A DNA stretch of 63,311 nt, filler included, from Piptocephalis cylindrospora (Eukaryota): NCBI GenBank assembly GCA_003614145.1. It is 13 parts of 13 records of this genome, joined end to end, with 100 filler letters (N's around TTAATTAATTAA, not from the genome) between each part and the next. Parts side by side here need not be neighbours in the genome. Positions count along the whole stretch, not along the records: positions 48,824 to 53,587 come from KZ988480.1; positions 53,688 to 58,450 come from KZ988481.1; positions 58,551 to 63,311 come from KZ988482.1; 10 more parts are not named here. One strand, written 5' to 3'. Position 1 is the first letter of the stretch. The number at the start of each line of letters is the position of its first letter. The notes below the pieces were generated by a model, which worked only from the letters and a program-made list of their open reading frames with translations, made no database searches and had not been told where the DNA came from. Made by a program: the position numbers and the translations under genes. This document shows, piece by piece, positions 49,702 to 62,986 of the stretch.

Positions 49702-52085
49702 ATGTCAGTGGATACCATGCATCAGGAAGAAGATTCCGCGGCAACCCTGGAAACAGCCGAGTTGGACGAGCTGACCCTCTTAGAAAGCCTTGTGGAAGGT
49801 GCTGGAGGGGATGAGGAGCTGGCCGAGGGCAGGGGGAACGCGGCAGCCCTAGAGGAAAAGCTCACGGCTGAACTGACCGACACTGAGATTGTAAGGCGTC
49901 TTTGGGGGACCTCTTTCATCCTAGGTCTGACACAGCCCCCCCTCCTGTAGAAAAACATTCGATCCATCCTGGCAGCAGAAGAGGCTGTGGAGGGTATCAT
50001 GAATCAGATTGATCGAGCGGCCGAGGAATTGGAGGAAATGGACAGCTGGTTTGATTCCCTTAGGGATGAGCTATTGGTGAGTAAATATTGAAAAAGTGCC
50101 TAGCCTTCATCATGCCCAATGGCTCACACTTCTCCCCCTCCCTAGAAAATGGGAGAAGGAGTTCAACTCATCCGCTCTCAAAATCGTGGAATGCAAATCC
50201 AGTCTTCGAATCAGCGTGCCTTGCTCCATGAAGTAGAAGACCTCTTGGTAGGTTAACCTCGCTCCACTCCATCATCCTATGACTCATTTCACCCCATCTC
50301 CCCTCAAAATAGAGTTCTCTCGTCCTCCCGGAAAGAGTCCTGGGTGCTCTGAGAGAAGAGTCCTTGGAGACCCCGGCGGCCATCGAGCGGGTGGAGGAGG
50401 CTGCGGCCAGATTACAAAAGATGGTGCAGACTAAATTTGAGAAGGAGGTGCATGAGATGCGGGTGGTGCGGGAGAGGATGGCGTACTTTCACCAGCATTC
50501 GGACGCTTTTTCCATCCGGATCCGTGAGTATCTCCGGATCATGTTTGCCTACCAGGCTGAGGAAGCCATGGCGGAGAATACCAAATTTGCTAGAACTGTT
50601 GGGCTGCAGCTCAATGGACATACAGGTCTCGAAGAGTACCTGAGCCGATACCGCGGACTCATTCTATGGCAAAGGGAAATGGATCCGAGGACGTACCATG
50701 AGGTGGCCATGCTTTACGTGGAATCGGTGGGCCGAGTGAACAAGGCCGAAATCCGACAACTCTTTGACGTAATCCAAAAGGCATATGTGCCCAAGAAGCC
50801 CCAGGAGGAGTTTGATTATGTTTTTGGTCCACAATCCTCCGGAACTGCCTCCCCTGCCACCACGTATATTTCCCCCAAGGGCCTGGATACAGCAGTGAAA
50901 AAGTCACTTGCCACAATTTCCCAAGCCATTATCCATGAGCAGAATTTTGTCACAGACCTCTTTCACCTTGGGGCCACCGGCGACTTTCAGCGGTGGAAGC
51001 GACAGGGTCGGGAAAAGGATTTCGGCGATCTGGAGACGGTACGGGAACCCATCAAGGATCTCAAAGTACGGAAGCGGCTAATGGAGATGATGGCCGAACT
51101 CTTTGACAATCTGCAGGCCGGGCTCATGAGTCTGTGTGAGCTATCCTGCAAATATGACCCCACCAATGCCATTGGGGTCCTCGTAACTGTCGAGAGCTAT
51201 CTGGGATTGTGCGAAGGGGGAAACCAAGAATTCCTCTACATTATCCTGGGCAACTTACAAAAGGCCCTAGCTAGCTGGTTTGAACGCTTTGTCGGGGAGC
51301 AAGTCACGCTCGTGGAGGAGACCAAGACGACGGCCAAGCGTCGGACCGGTCTTCTTCCCTTTAGCCGGGTCTTCCCTTGCTATGTCCTACGGATGGAGGA
51401 GGCCTTAGGGGAGGAAGGTCATGTGGCGCCCGAAGGCTCTGTGGCCCGTCGAGTTGTGGCTGAGTCCTATGGTCGGATCACCAAGCAAATGTTCGCGGCC
51501 ATTGAAACCCTAGCCCGAGAGGTGGAGGGCAGGGAGGATGACAAGGAGCAGCTGAACGTCCATATCCTTACGATGGAAAACATGCACTTGTTCTGGGTGG
51601 AGATGCGGAGGTACAAGGGGGCAACGGCACTGGAACCGTACAAGAACTACGCCAAGGCCTCGTATGATCAGCACATGCAAGCGTATATCCATAAGATGGT
51701 ACGTCGGGTTCTGGGTCGATTAATGGACTTTTTCGATGGAGTCGACGCCCTCCTCCGCACTGGAACCCCAGAAGAGGTGGGCTTTCATGCTCAGTATAAC
51801 AAGGCGTCCCTCCGGAAGCTCCTGACTGGCGGGGAGGGTCATCACCACTCGGCCAAAGAGCTACGCAAGGGCACAGAGGGTTTGTATCGCCGGGTGTACA
51901 AACACTTTGGGGAGGAAGCAGGTCTGCAACAAATTGTGTGGCGAGGCATGCAGGAACGTGTCATTCGGGAGGTGAAGCGAGCCCAGGACCTGATCAGTCA
52001 ATGCTACGGGGATTCGGGTCTGGGTCTGGACTTTGGGGTGGAGGATGTACTGAATATCTTTTCTGAGTTAGCCCGGAGTCATTAG
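49702..52085 (+). CDS. SEC3: Exocyst component Sec3 (coiled-coil plus C-terminal domain), 4 exons
   Basis: AAALEEKL..EL, I..QNRGMQIQSSNQRALL.E, IIHEQNFVTDLFHL, F.RFVGEQ...EETK...KRRTG..PF, DKEQLN.HIL.MENM, LYRRV.KHF..E.GL.Q.VW. Confidence 0.9.
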
Positions 52086-52164
52086 GATCCATGATCTTTT
52101 ACATGGATGGGCAAGGGAAAATGAGGCGGGAAGGAGGAATAAAGGGGAATTTTTCTTTCATTCT

Positions 52165-53418
52165 TTATGAGGTACAACCGGGACAATTGTGGAGAATATC
52201 GTGGATAAAGAGATCACAAGCGGTGCAATAATGATGGTCACAATTGGGACATTTCCACGCCGGGGTGGAGTCGGGATGGATGAGAGGTGCATCGTGGAAC
52301 GAGGAGGAAGAGGAACTGGTCAAAGGGGTCTGACAGGCAAAGCAGGCTGATCCAGGGTCAAGGGACTTGGCAATGGGGAGGAAGTTAGGGATGGGGAAGA
52401 GATGATGATAGGATCTGGCCAGGTGAGGGGAAGAGACCAGGGTCAAGCCACAAACCCGGCAATCCTGGGGGATATCACACACTTTGACGCCACACCTCGG
52501 ACAGATGTAGCCCCCGCGACGAGGAAGATGATGGCAAGCGCACAGGGAAGGCGTGGACTCGGCGATGCGACGGGGGAAACCCATATGGACAAGACCAGCA
52601 TCAGCGGAGGAGGAGGCCGAGTCGGCGCCCTTCTGAGTGGTGGCAGGGGGGATGACATGCTCGAGGAGAAGGTCCTTGAAGTGGGTCTCGTTCATGACAA
52701 CGGCATAGGAACCATTGGTACGGGCAGCTAGGGTGCGACAAACCTGAACCTCAGCAGCCAGGCCAATAACACTGACGCGAATACCTTCAGCAACTAGGGT
52801 ATCAATGGTTTCGTTAATATCCCCAGGGTCGCAGGAGGTGAGGGAGCCCAGGAAGATGAGAACCTCCTTGGACCCATGATGGGGTACGTGACGTAAGAGG
52901 GACCGACACACGCCCAGGGCATTTTGCAAGGAGGGTTCTCCCGAAAGGCCTCGTCGATGCTGCTGTTGGACAGCACGTACATGCTCCCCGGGGTTGCCGC
53001 CAAGATCTGTGAGCTTCTGAGCAATACCATCCCGTAGCACCAAGGTCCCCAGTTGGCTCAGGGGATTCTGGTCAAAAAATTCGCCAATGAAGCCAGCCAC
53101 GCCATTCTCCACCAGCTGCATCCGGTTGGGCCGTAGATCCACCTCGGCCATACACGTACTGGCATCCAAGACGATGAGAAGATGCCGGATAATTCCCCGC
53201 TGGACCGTGGACGTGTCGCGGGTAAGTCGACGGTGCTCCCGCTGCTGCTGGATGGCTTTGATGGCCGAGGCCAGGGAGCCCGAGGCATCTTCCTGAAGCA
53301 CATCCCAGGACCGCTTGTACTCTTCCTCCCAGACGTAACCTGAGGGGGCTACCGCGGTGGCATCGTCGTTCTCCACGTCGATCAGCTCTAGAGGGTCTTC
53401 TTGCGGTGGCTGGGGCAT
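52165..53418 (-). CDS. SSL1: TFIIH subunit Ssl1/p44
   Basis: GYVWEEEYKRSWD, QRGIIRHL, FFDQNPLSQLG, GEPSLQNAL, LTSCDPGDI, GYICPRC..KVC..P..C..CGLTLVSSPHLARSYHHLFP, C-terminal RING-like zinc finger. Confidence 0.97.
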   Translation of the reverse strand: MPQPPQEDPLELIDVENDDATAVAPSGYVWEEEYKRSWDVLQEDASGSLASAIKAIQQQREHRRLTRDTSTVQRGIIRHLLIVLDASTCMAEVDLRPNRMQLVENGVAGFIGEFFDQNPLSQLGTLVLRDGIAQKLTDLGGNPGEHVRAVQQQHRRGLSGEPSLQNALGVCRSLLRHVPHHGSKEVLIFLGSLTSCDPGDINETIDTLVAEGIRVSVIGLAAEVQVCRTLAARTNGSYAVVMNETHFKDLLLEHVIPPATTQKGADSASSSADAGLVHMGFPRRIAESTPSLCACHHLPRRGGYICPRCGVKVCDIPQDCRVCGLTLVSSPHLARSYHHLFPIPNFLPIAKSLDPGSACFACQTPLTSSSSSSFHDAPLIHPDSTPAWKCPNCDHHYCTACDLFIHDILHNCPGCTS

Positions 53419-54611
53419 GGCGAGGAGGCTGAATGCGAGATAAGTGGAAAGCTACAGCTTGAGTCGGGGGAGGGGCAAGGGGCTGGGCTATAGGTCTCTG
53501 GGGAAGAGGCGTAGTGCGAAGGATAAGAGGCGGAGATCTGGTGTTGGATGGTCTCAAGTCACTAGAGATTGACCAGGTCGTGCCCAGNNNNNNNNNNNNN
53601 NNNNNNNNNNNNNNNNNNNNNNNNNNNNNNNTTAATTAATTAANNNNNNNNNNNNNNNNNNNNNNNNNNNNNNNNNNNNNNNNNNNNGGTGCGGGAAATA
53701 AAGGGGGATGGGGAGGAAGGGAAGGAAGGAAGGGAGACAAGGGTCGGGGTGGTGGTCAAGGCTTTGCTTATATTCGTGAGTGAGGGAGTGAGAGTGGGGA
53801 TGTATATGTAAGAGAGAGGGAGAGAGAGTGTGTGTGTCGGCTTCCCGTTCACTCGCTCCATCGGCGGTGGTGGAGATGAGGTAGTTTGGTCCTCAAGTGA
53901 CACACTTTAGATTTCTTCTTTACCGAGCGCCGCGCATCTCACTTTGTCCGTGCTTCCTCCTGATGTCGAGGAGGGCGGGGGCGGACGGGGCCGGCGGGGA
54001 CTGACCACACACCTTGTCGCTCCCATACATACTGACTTTGGGTGAGGGGAGAGAGGGAGAGACACACACACGCACATAGATGGATGGAGATGGGGATGCG
54101 TGTTGGCACAAGTATGGAGGTGCGTGAGCCCCTTTCTCTCTCTCCTCTCTCACTGACTCACTGACTCTGTCCATCTCTAAAAGGCATCATCAGGGTAAGG
54201 GGTATGGAGGCGGGGTAGGGGAAGGACGACGTTGACGGTCCATCTTCCCTCACGGTCTGGTGTGTGCTCTTTGGAGGAATTTTAGACTTGGTTCTGTCTC
54301 CGATATCATTGCCAAGTCCAGACTATTTTGGTAGGGCTAGGAAGGGGAATGGACGTATGTGTGGGCAAGGTCAGCGTCATCAGGTATGGCACGGCGGCTA
54401 GGGGCGATGGGAGATAGACCGCTACTGTCCTCGTGTGTGTCAAAGAGTGTGGTTCGTCCTCTCAGACTCGTGGTCCCAAGAATGGGGAATCAGTGGAGGA
54501 GGGAGGGGTCATTGCTGATATGGTGGAGCGAGGATGTGTATATCTTTGTCTACGTGTGTGTGTATGTATTTCTTTTTGTTGGCGCTGCTCACCGAGACGC
54601 CGAGAGAACGT

Positions 54612-54660
54612 ACACACACACACCCACACACACACACCTACACACACACCCACACACACA

Positions 54661-54696
<36 letters not shown>
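54612..54696 (+). repeat. Interrupted (CA)n microsatellite
   Basis: Read directly from the sequence. Confidence 0.95.
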
Positions 54697-56924
54697 AAGG
54701 CCACGCTGGCCCCTCCCCCTAAAGTCAGAGAGGAAAGGGCTCAATCAGGTCAAAGAGGGCCCAGGGGTGATGACACCCTACCCAAGATAGGGTCAAAGTC
54801 AAGAGGAAAGGGGAGGGAGGACTAAGGAGACGCTAGACTGGTCCAGCTGTAGTGTCTAATAGGTCATGGTACCATGATAGGAGAGGAAATGGTCCCGACA
54901 GCCCACCTCACCAATCAGTCTCTATGGGAACTGCACTTTGTCTATCCCCCTCTAGAGCGGTATGGGAAACAGACTCCTCCCTTTGAGAATGGCATGGAAG
55001 AGGGAAACCGCCTTGATGGTAGAGGAGAATGAGAGACACATCCTGCCTTTGCATCTCCGCACCCAGCCTCTCCCCCTCTCTCCCGAACCGAGATTTCCCT
55101 TCTCATCAAGCGGTAAACGGGTTTAGGTCATGAGGTGTGTAAAGTGACTAGTTTTCCTGTGAGCGAGAGCTCTACTAGGCGAGGGGATGTGCGTGTCTAC
55201 TCTCATATGCGATGATAGGCGGCAGAAGGGCAGCATTGTATGGTTGGTTGCTTTGGGTTACGACGGTTACGGCAGTTTAGGTGTGTCCACACCCGCCTTT
55301 ACCCGGCCCGACTGGGTACGGGAAGGAGTGACCTGCGTAAACCACCCTCACCACTACCCTACCCTACCCTCTCCTACCCCCAGGGGAAGGGGCATCGACT
55401 TGCACTGACAAAGGAGGGGGCTTGGCTATCCCTCCATTCGCATTCGTGTTCCTCCGCCTCCACTCTATTCTCCACCCTTGATTCTAACTCATTATAGCAG
55501 TATGAGGGGGGGAGGGGGGCGGGGATCAGGGCATGCACCCTTTCTTCCTTTCCCCGATTGGAGAGGGACAAGGGCCTCTTCCCCTACTGGTGCCTTACAC
55601 TCCACACCGCCCTTGCCTCTCTACGCCCTTCCCTCCACGATGGGAGGGATCCCCTCGGTCAGCTGAGGATTCGTTTGATTTCACTGTGGCCGTCCGCAGC
55701 AGCGCACACACGGACGCCAAGGGAAGACGGATCAGCCCTCTATTCTTGGTCGCACATGTCCTGTTTATCGGGTTTCGTCTGGTCAGAACGGGTCAGCTGG
55801 GAGGGACAAGGAGAGCTGAGACCAAGGCGTGCATCCACACCTCTTGCTACTATGGGCGATTCCAGTCTATTCTGTATGGTTCAGTGCGCTATTGCACACT
55901 ACGTTCAACAAGGACATGAGACAATTCAGCCGATAAAGGAGTATGAATCAAGTGAACAAGGCAACATGAAGGGAATGTGATCTGGGGATCATCCAGCATG
56001 ACCATTGGTGCTGGATGTCGTACTATCCGTGTCGAGATGAATTCATCTGGGTGGGAGAGGGAGGGACTTGACCTTTTCTTTTTCTTTCTTTCGATATTGG
56101 CTTGCTTTCTCTTTCCGCTCATGAGGTAGGCAAGAGGTTCCTTATGGGGGCTGTTGTGGCTGAAAGGCAGAAAGGCAGAAAGAGAGAAAGGGTGGTGTAC
56201 TGGCCGATGGTGGTAAACAGCGAAATATATTGGGGAAAGTTACAATATTCCCTGTATTTGCTTTGAAACCCCATTTATTTCCTGGTCCTCATACCAAATA
56301 TTTTACAGTATTCCCTGTATTGGCCAATGGTCTGGTTATCCATCGCCGAAAACGATCTATAAAAAGGGTCACTTTCACAAAGCGCGCACTACCATTCAGG
56401 TTGGGCCCGGGTTAGGCCCGAGTCCATTCTGTAGCTGGAAAGCAGATGCTCTTGGTCTGATGTGAAATCCCAGATAGCTTGGTCCTTTTTGTGCGAGACT
56501 CAGCAATGGATGGCTCCCTCCCTCCATGATCTGAATTGCTTTTGCGTCCTAAAATCGACGAAAAAGGATGAAATTTCTCACAAAGATGGCTGTCCTGATC
56601 TTGTGGTAAGGGGATTAAGGGGAGGGGGGCATGTAGAGTATGATGTGCATCATCAGCAGCTCCGCACAGATTCGCCTGGGCCATCACAGCATGGGCTTTT
56701 CCAAACCATCTCAGTACCAATTTCTCTAACCCCCGATCTCACCCTCTGTCCCAGTCGATCATTGCTACACACCCCACCAATCCTTTCTTGTTTGTCCCTA
56801 GATGCTCCACGGCTGGCTTTTCTCATTTGGACGCTCCTTGCCCCGTGCCCATCTATCCCCTTGTTTCCTACAGACGCGACAAAAGGGAAAATAAATGAAC
56901 CCTCCTGCCCCCTCACGGTCTTTT

Positions 56925-56963
56925 CCCCCCACCCCCCCCCCCCCCCCCCCCCCCCCACCCCCC
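56925..56963 (+). repeat. Poly-C tract (C25 core; G-quadruplex-capable on the minus strand)
   Basis: Read directly from the sequence. Confidence 0.9.
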
Positions 56964-58022
56964 TCCTCTACTCTCTCCTCTTTGCGTCCTTTGTATCCTT
57001 CTTCTTCTTACCTCTCATGAATAGTATGTAGGGAGAGGATGGATCGCGTTCTTTGCTTCTACTGCCACTCTTCTCATTTCCTCCCGCCCCGCCCCCACCA
57101 CACATGTCACCATGCATTCATCCCTTATCGCACTACCCTTCTGTCCATCGTTCTTCCCCCCAATCCATCCTTCTAGGGCACCATGGGGTTTCAAGATTTT
57201 CTAGACTCATGTGCCTGCCATCCATCCTACTATGCGCAGAAAGAGGGGTATGGATAACGGCTAGAGGGCTCTTGGGATGGTGACCGTTCATTTGAAGATG
57301 AGGACAATTCATACTTCACTGACCCTTTCTATCCTTAGTCAGGACAGTATGGTATGGGAAGGTCAGATGGGCATGGAGCCGAAAATTCAGGCAGACACGA
57401 ATCCGATGGGTCAGACTACGGATGAGGGCAGCTAGACCGTCATTGGCCATACCCTTTTCTTCAAGTGCTTGACCCTCCCCCCTCCCACCAGGGATCCCCA
57501 GTGCAGGTAATATTAGAACTGCTACGGGCTTAGCTACTACGGACCCTATAACCCTTGTCCTAGCCGCTGCTTTTGGCGCTTACCCATGGGCCACTCCTAC
57601 TATTGGACCGGCCGCGCGTACTCCGTCCTCTAAAACCGGTGATCCCCCAGCCGGTCTTTGATGCTTTATTCCCTGTCATGAATACTCCAACCTTGGATGC
57701 CAGTGATTCATCCTTAGTCCTGGCTACAAACATCATTGATGATGCTACCATCACCGTCACCAATGAGCCCGTCACCATCACTGAGCCTTGATTTCCTTTC
57801 CATGCATGAGAGCATATCTTTATAGATAGATAGATAAAGAGAGATAATAGGGAGAAATGGTACACGGTCCGTATTTATAAAGCGTCCTTTCCCCTCCCTT
57901 TCACATGGAGAGACTTCCCTTTCTCGCGGAGAGGCTCCTTCTCACTTAGACAGGATCCCCCCTCTCACATAAACATAATCATCCTGCTACCCCCTCCCCC
58001 CCCCTCTCTCTCTTCCTCCCGC

Positions 58023-58450
58023 CTAAACCTTCTCATTCGTAACGGTAGTTTCATCACTCTTCTTCCATTCTTGCATCTGGGATGGCCTCTTGACCCGGAA
58101 ATACCAGATAGGGACGGCACAGAGACAGCCCAGGATGCAAAGGACATACTGGACGACGAGGTTGCCGGCAGCGGCCAGGGGAGCGACCACAACGTATCCA
58201 GAGACCAGGACAAAGAGGAAGGCACAGGGCAGCCAGACACGGAAGGGCCTATCCCTGGTCGGAGCCTTCCAACGGAGGACTATGAGACCCAGGACAGTGG
58301 CAAAGTAAAAGGTCCACAGGATAAAAGCATAAATGTTGACGAGCTTGGCGAAATCACCCACCAGGGTCCAGAGGCAGGAGACGATGGTGACAAAGGCCAG
58401 ATTAATCATCGGAGTCCCGCGGCCCTCGTGAATGCGGGAGAAGATCTTGG
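58023..58450 (-). CDS. APC-superfamily (LAT/Mup1-like) amino-acid permease, C-terminal part
   Basis: TPMINL..GDFAKLVN..F..W.FY..TVLGLIVLRWKAP..DRPFRVW, multiple TM helices. Confidence 0.85.
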
Positions 58451-59412
58451 NNNNNNNNNNNNNNNNNNNNNNNNNNNNNNNNNNNNNNNNNNNNTTAATT
58501 AATTAANNNNNNNNNNNNNNNNNNNNNNNNNNNNNNNNNNNNNNNNNNNNGGCAGACAGGCGGGAAAGGGTGGGAAGAAGAGAGCTGGATTGCGGGGAGA
58601 TACCCGCCTCTTCAATATCTGGTGTGGATGTGTAAGAGAAGGTTCCACCAATTTGCATACGAGATACAGTGCTTGATGTAGACTGATCTGGATATAAACG
58701 ATGGCCAAGTTTGTGAGCTTTTACGCTACAATCTAGATTGATAGAACTCAACCGTGCCCTCCTAACAGTATCTGGAGCCATTAAAGTCTACGTGTTTAAA
58801 TTTAATACCATGGTCGAAAGCAAAAATAAATAATCGTTTGCTTCTTGTGTTCCTTATCCAATCTATAAATCAATTTATAAAGTAGTGTATATTGGAAGGA
58901 CATGATATAAAACTGTACATTTCTCTATCCTTTCCTGGTATGCGGGAGAGAGAGGAAGGAGGGATCTTTAAGAGATGATAGCAATTTTACACTGCTGATA
59001 ATAATTGCTTCATGGTTCAGAATATCCCCCATACTGGGACCTACCCATAGGGCGAGCTGAGATATGATCTGCCCTTCCCTAGTAAAGCGCATCAATATAG
59101 TGAGACGCCCCGTGTTATACCCGCCCAGCGGGACGCGTGTGAGCTGAGACACCTCTCCATTGCCACGGGAGATAGACGAGAGCTCCCAGTCCCTCCTCCA
59201 CAAACGAATATGTCCTTGCTGACTGACTGTAGGTCTGCACTCATGGGAAGGCAGGCGAAATAAATATTGCGGGGCGAGGAGAAGTTAGAGAGATAGTTGA
59301 CTGTACCAGAGAAGCGCGTTCTTTCTTCCTTTCTTTTCTTTTCTTTCTTTTCTTTTCATTACCCCTTTCCCCCCTCTCTCTATCATTCATCCTTGCTCTT
59401 GCTCCTCGCCAC

Positions 59413-62089
59413 ATGACGCTTCCTCACCCTCCGGATTCCGAAATGTCCTCCTCAGCCTCCAGCTCCAAGCTCGACCGAACCCATGAGGTACTCAAGTCAT
59501 CCTCCGAGTCCAAGGATGATATCGAGAGCGGGCCTTTGAATATTGAAACGGAAAATGAAAAGGAGCTTGAGGCTGCGGATGAAGACTCCGAGTCTACTGA
59601 CGAAAAGGACCAGGTAGTAGATAAGGAAGAAGCCTCTCAAGAGGACAATGATGACGTGTCCCATGCAGAAGATGGCTCCATTTCCGAGGATACCTTTCAA
59701 GATAAATCAACGCGCATTTCCAAGAAAGATGACACTATTGATGATGTGATTGATACCAGGGATGAGATGGGTTCAGAAAAAGCAGACCATCCAAGGGAAG
59801 CTGGCCCCTCTGAGAGAGTAGACCACATAAAGGAAGAGCCCTCTTTGGATACGACAGGTTCTCCCAAAGGGCACATATCTTCTGATGAAGCAGCTCATTT
59901 AGAGGGAGGCGACGTATCTGATGACGCGGATGAGCATCGTAAGATCGTCCCGCTAAATCTGAAAGGCTCATCCTCTTCGGAAGAGAGAGAGGAAACCCCC
60001 TCCCAGGCTCAATTATCGAGCATTCAGTCTGAACCTGTCAAGACCCCAAGGACCCCTATGGGTCCATCGAGCCCAGCCGTGCCATCCCTCGTCCAGGGGC
60101 GGGGGAGAAGGTCCACTGTGGATGAAGAGGAAGCGGATGACATGGTACTGGCGACGTTTATTGTACGATTTGACACGCTTCATGGAAATGTGGTGGAATG
60201 GACGTGCCCAGAGAACATTGACCTGGCAGGCTTGGAATTTGCAGCATTGCCCTCCGGACTTCACCTGGTCGATCGAGACTGTGTGTACTTTTCCAAGAAC
60301 ACTTATTACGGAGTGTCTATCTTTGAGAACTACGCCCTGGGGGATGATCCAGCAGCAGCGGCCGAGAGAGGCGCTCGCATGGCAGCAGCGGGCATCCTGA
60401 CGCCCCGGTACCCAAGGCTTCACCGACACGTTGAATTTCTGCGTGAGGCCATTTCCTACCACGCCATTGACCCGGTCATCACACAACAGCTCCTGACTCA
60501 GTATTATCATCAGCACCGGCAACCGGATGAGGGACCTCATCGACGATCCTCTCTGCAATCGCCTCCGTCCCAGCTCTTGAGCATCCCTCGGGTCCGGAGA
60601 CTCCATGCTCACCATCCCGCCCGACACTTTGGCCGGCTTCTCGAGCAGCTGGGGCCTTCTGTTTTTAGTCTGTGGAAGTATGCGCTTCTCTCCAAGCGTA
60701 TTCTCTTCTCCTCCACTCCACCTCTAGAGCCCTTGGGAAATTACGGTAAGCAAGATTTTTACAAGAGTGTAGATCGGTCTCACGACAGGTATTAACCACC
60801 ACCTGCCCCACCTGATCTTTTTCATAGTCTACTCCACCTGCTTAATGGCAGCCGTGGCATCGGATCTGGTGGATAAGCCCTACCCACCCGAGGTAGTTAG
60901 CCCACTCTTTTGTGTAGGGATCAACGATGTGATGCGTCTCTCCGTCTTGGATCATTATGTAGCATGTACGTTTTATCCTTGACACGCGGGAGGGGATTCC
61001 ACTGATGCTACCGCTTCACTCATGATCCTATTCCTCTCTCCCCTTTTCTTGAATTCAGGCACGTCGGATCGGGTACTCAAGGAAAAAGGTGAGCTGTACG
61101 ATGTACTCATCCATCCAAGGATCATCCCGAGGCAGGGGGACACACCGCCCCAGGAGGTTTTAGAAATCTATCCTTCGGAATCCTGCTCCCCCGAGGTCTC
61201 AGCCATGCTGCGGCCTAATGCGGCGGATCGTCGGAGATTTAGTGAGTTAGCCGAGCAGTTCTCTGGAATTGACTTTCAGAAAAACTGGTGGGAGAGGGTA
61301 GAGGCTTGGTGGCAATCGCGACCTGATATCTCCGGGGTTATGGAAAGCGTGGTTGGGAGCGTCCGGAATTCTGGTACGGAGCAGGAGCAACGAAAGGGCC
61401 TCCTTTCCGAGGGAGCTGGGGAGGAAAATCATGACCGCTTGGAGGAGGAAGAGGAAGATGGGAAGGGACGGGAGAAGAGCCCAGAAGGGTCCCTCAAAAC
61501 TCAAAGTGAGTCCCTTAAGAGCCAGGTGGGGTCAGATACCCCCAAGGCATCCGGCCCCATCCTGGAAAAGATCTATGATGAGGATGAGGAGGAGCATGTG
61601 GAGCAAGTCCCTCGAAAGACCAAGGCATTGACTGTTGGAGAGGAGGAGGCAGACATGAACGTCGAACTTCTCTCCTACTTTCAAGCACTCAACACGACAC
61701 TCCTTCGACACCTTCGGTTCCTCCTCACGGATCTTCCAGTGTCCGGAGATGGGACGACGCATCTGGAGGAGGAGCACCTGGTGGAGTTGGGTCTGCATCC
61801 TCGGGATGATTCAGGATTTGTAGAGGCATTGGTGGATATGTATTTCCCAGAGTATGGGGCGGTACGGATCCACCATCCCCAGAGGATCACCGATAAAGTC
61901 CGCAATACCTGGACCGAGGTAAGCAAGGGCATGAGGAAGGGCGGGGTTCTATCTGGGACCTCCCAGGCCACGGGGGCCACTTACTCAGAGGATGAGGAGG
62001 AGGATGGGTTATTGATTGGAGCTGGAGGGGCTGGGTGGGATCGAGAGGATGAGGGGGATGAGGAGGAAGGGAAGATGAACAAGCGGTAG
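59413..62089 (+). CDS. DENND11/LCHN-like DENN-family protein with acidic N-terminus; introns ~60746-60827 and ~60966-61058
   Basis: TFIVRFD..HGNVVEW...DL.GLEF.ALPSGLH.V..D.VYF, LGP.VF.LWK.ALL.KRILF..PPLE, PLFCVGIND, TSD.VL.EK..LYDV. Confidence 0.82.
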
Positions 62090-62281
62090 AGAATGACAAG
62101 GATATACTAAGATACGATAGGTGCCTAGGAGTGAACAGAAGGGATAGCCATTCATGATAGAGTGGATAATAAACCATGAGAGAACAACAGAAACACGAGA
62201 AATTACCGTTGGAAAAGAATGTGAGAGGATGGTTTATTGCGTAGCATCAGGAACAAGAAGGGAGGAGGGAAGGGGTGAAAA

Positions 62282-62986
62282 TTAAAAGAATGAGAGGTAA
62301 GACACGACCATGGCGCCTGTCCAGGCAGCCATGAGGGTGAGCTGATCGGGCAGAGCCTGAGGACATGCGGCGCTCTCGACAACAACCGGAGACGAGGGAG
62401 AAGGAGAAGGGGTTGCTGATGGGGTAGAGGGGGTTCCTGAGGGTGAGGTGGGGGGAGGGACTGGGGCAAAGGAAGAGACGGGGGTGGCTGGGGTCGCGCC
62501 GCCTGGAGGAGCACCATTCGGAGGAGCACCGCCTGGAGGAGTACCGGCAGCTGGCGGGGAACCAGCACCATTGGATGAATGAGCAGCTTCAGAAAGGCCA
62601 AGGCCAACGACACCTCCAGCAAGGGCACCTCCAGCAGCAGCGGCACCTAGACGACGACGGGAAGAGGATGAACGATCAGGGGAGGAAGGATGATGAGGAG
62701 CGGAGGGAGAGGAACGATGCTTCTTAACCCGAGCACCGGACCGCGTTCGACGAACCCCAGCCGATTTATGCTCACCTCCACGAGAAGGCCCAGATGATTT
62801 GGGCGTCTTGGGTGGCCGACCCGTAACACGCTGAGAGGGATGGGGTCCATGATTCGGGGGCATGTGCGGGTCAGGATGGCGGGGGGCCATACCTTGTGCG
62901 GAGATACCCCACTCCTCAGCAGTAGTGATGACAACCGAGAGGTTGAGCAAGGCGAGGAATAGGGTGAAGCGAATAGGATGGAGCAT
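62282..62986 (-). CDS. Secreted or surface Pro/Gly/Ser-rich protein with hydrophobic C-terminus
   Basis: Signal peptide MLHPIRFTLFLALLNLSVVITTA, basic region, GAPP repeats, hydrophobic tail. Confidence 0.6.
   Translation of the reverse strand: MLHPIRFTLFLALLNLSVVITTAEEWGISAQGMAPRHPDPHMPPNHGPHPSQRVTGRPPKTPKSSGPSRGGEHKSAGVRRTRSGARVKKHRSSPSAPHHPSSPDRSSSSRRRLGAAAAGGALAGGVVGLGLSEAAHSSNGAGSPPAAGTPPGGAPPNGAPPGGATPATPVSSFAPVPPPTSPSGTPSTPSATPSPSPSSPVVVESAACPQALPDQLTLMAAWTGAMVVSYLSFF

Noticed and set aside
54359..54825. His-Thr and Val-Cys repeat ORFs
   Set aside because: Translations of the (CA)n microsatellite.
4819..58550. Regularly spaced TTAATTAATTAA palindromes and apparent gene neighbourhoods across them
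   Set aside because: Artificial contig joiners. Adjacency between contigs has no biological meaning, so no gene cluster can be inferred. ORFs ending in X..LIN are artefacts.
58551..58781. Possible 5' end of a minus-strand gene (MAPDTVRRAR..)
   Set aside because: Short, truncated and without recognisable features.
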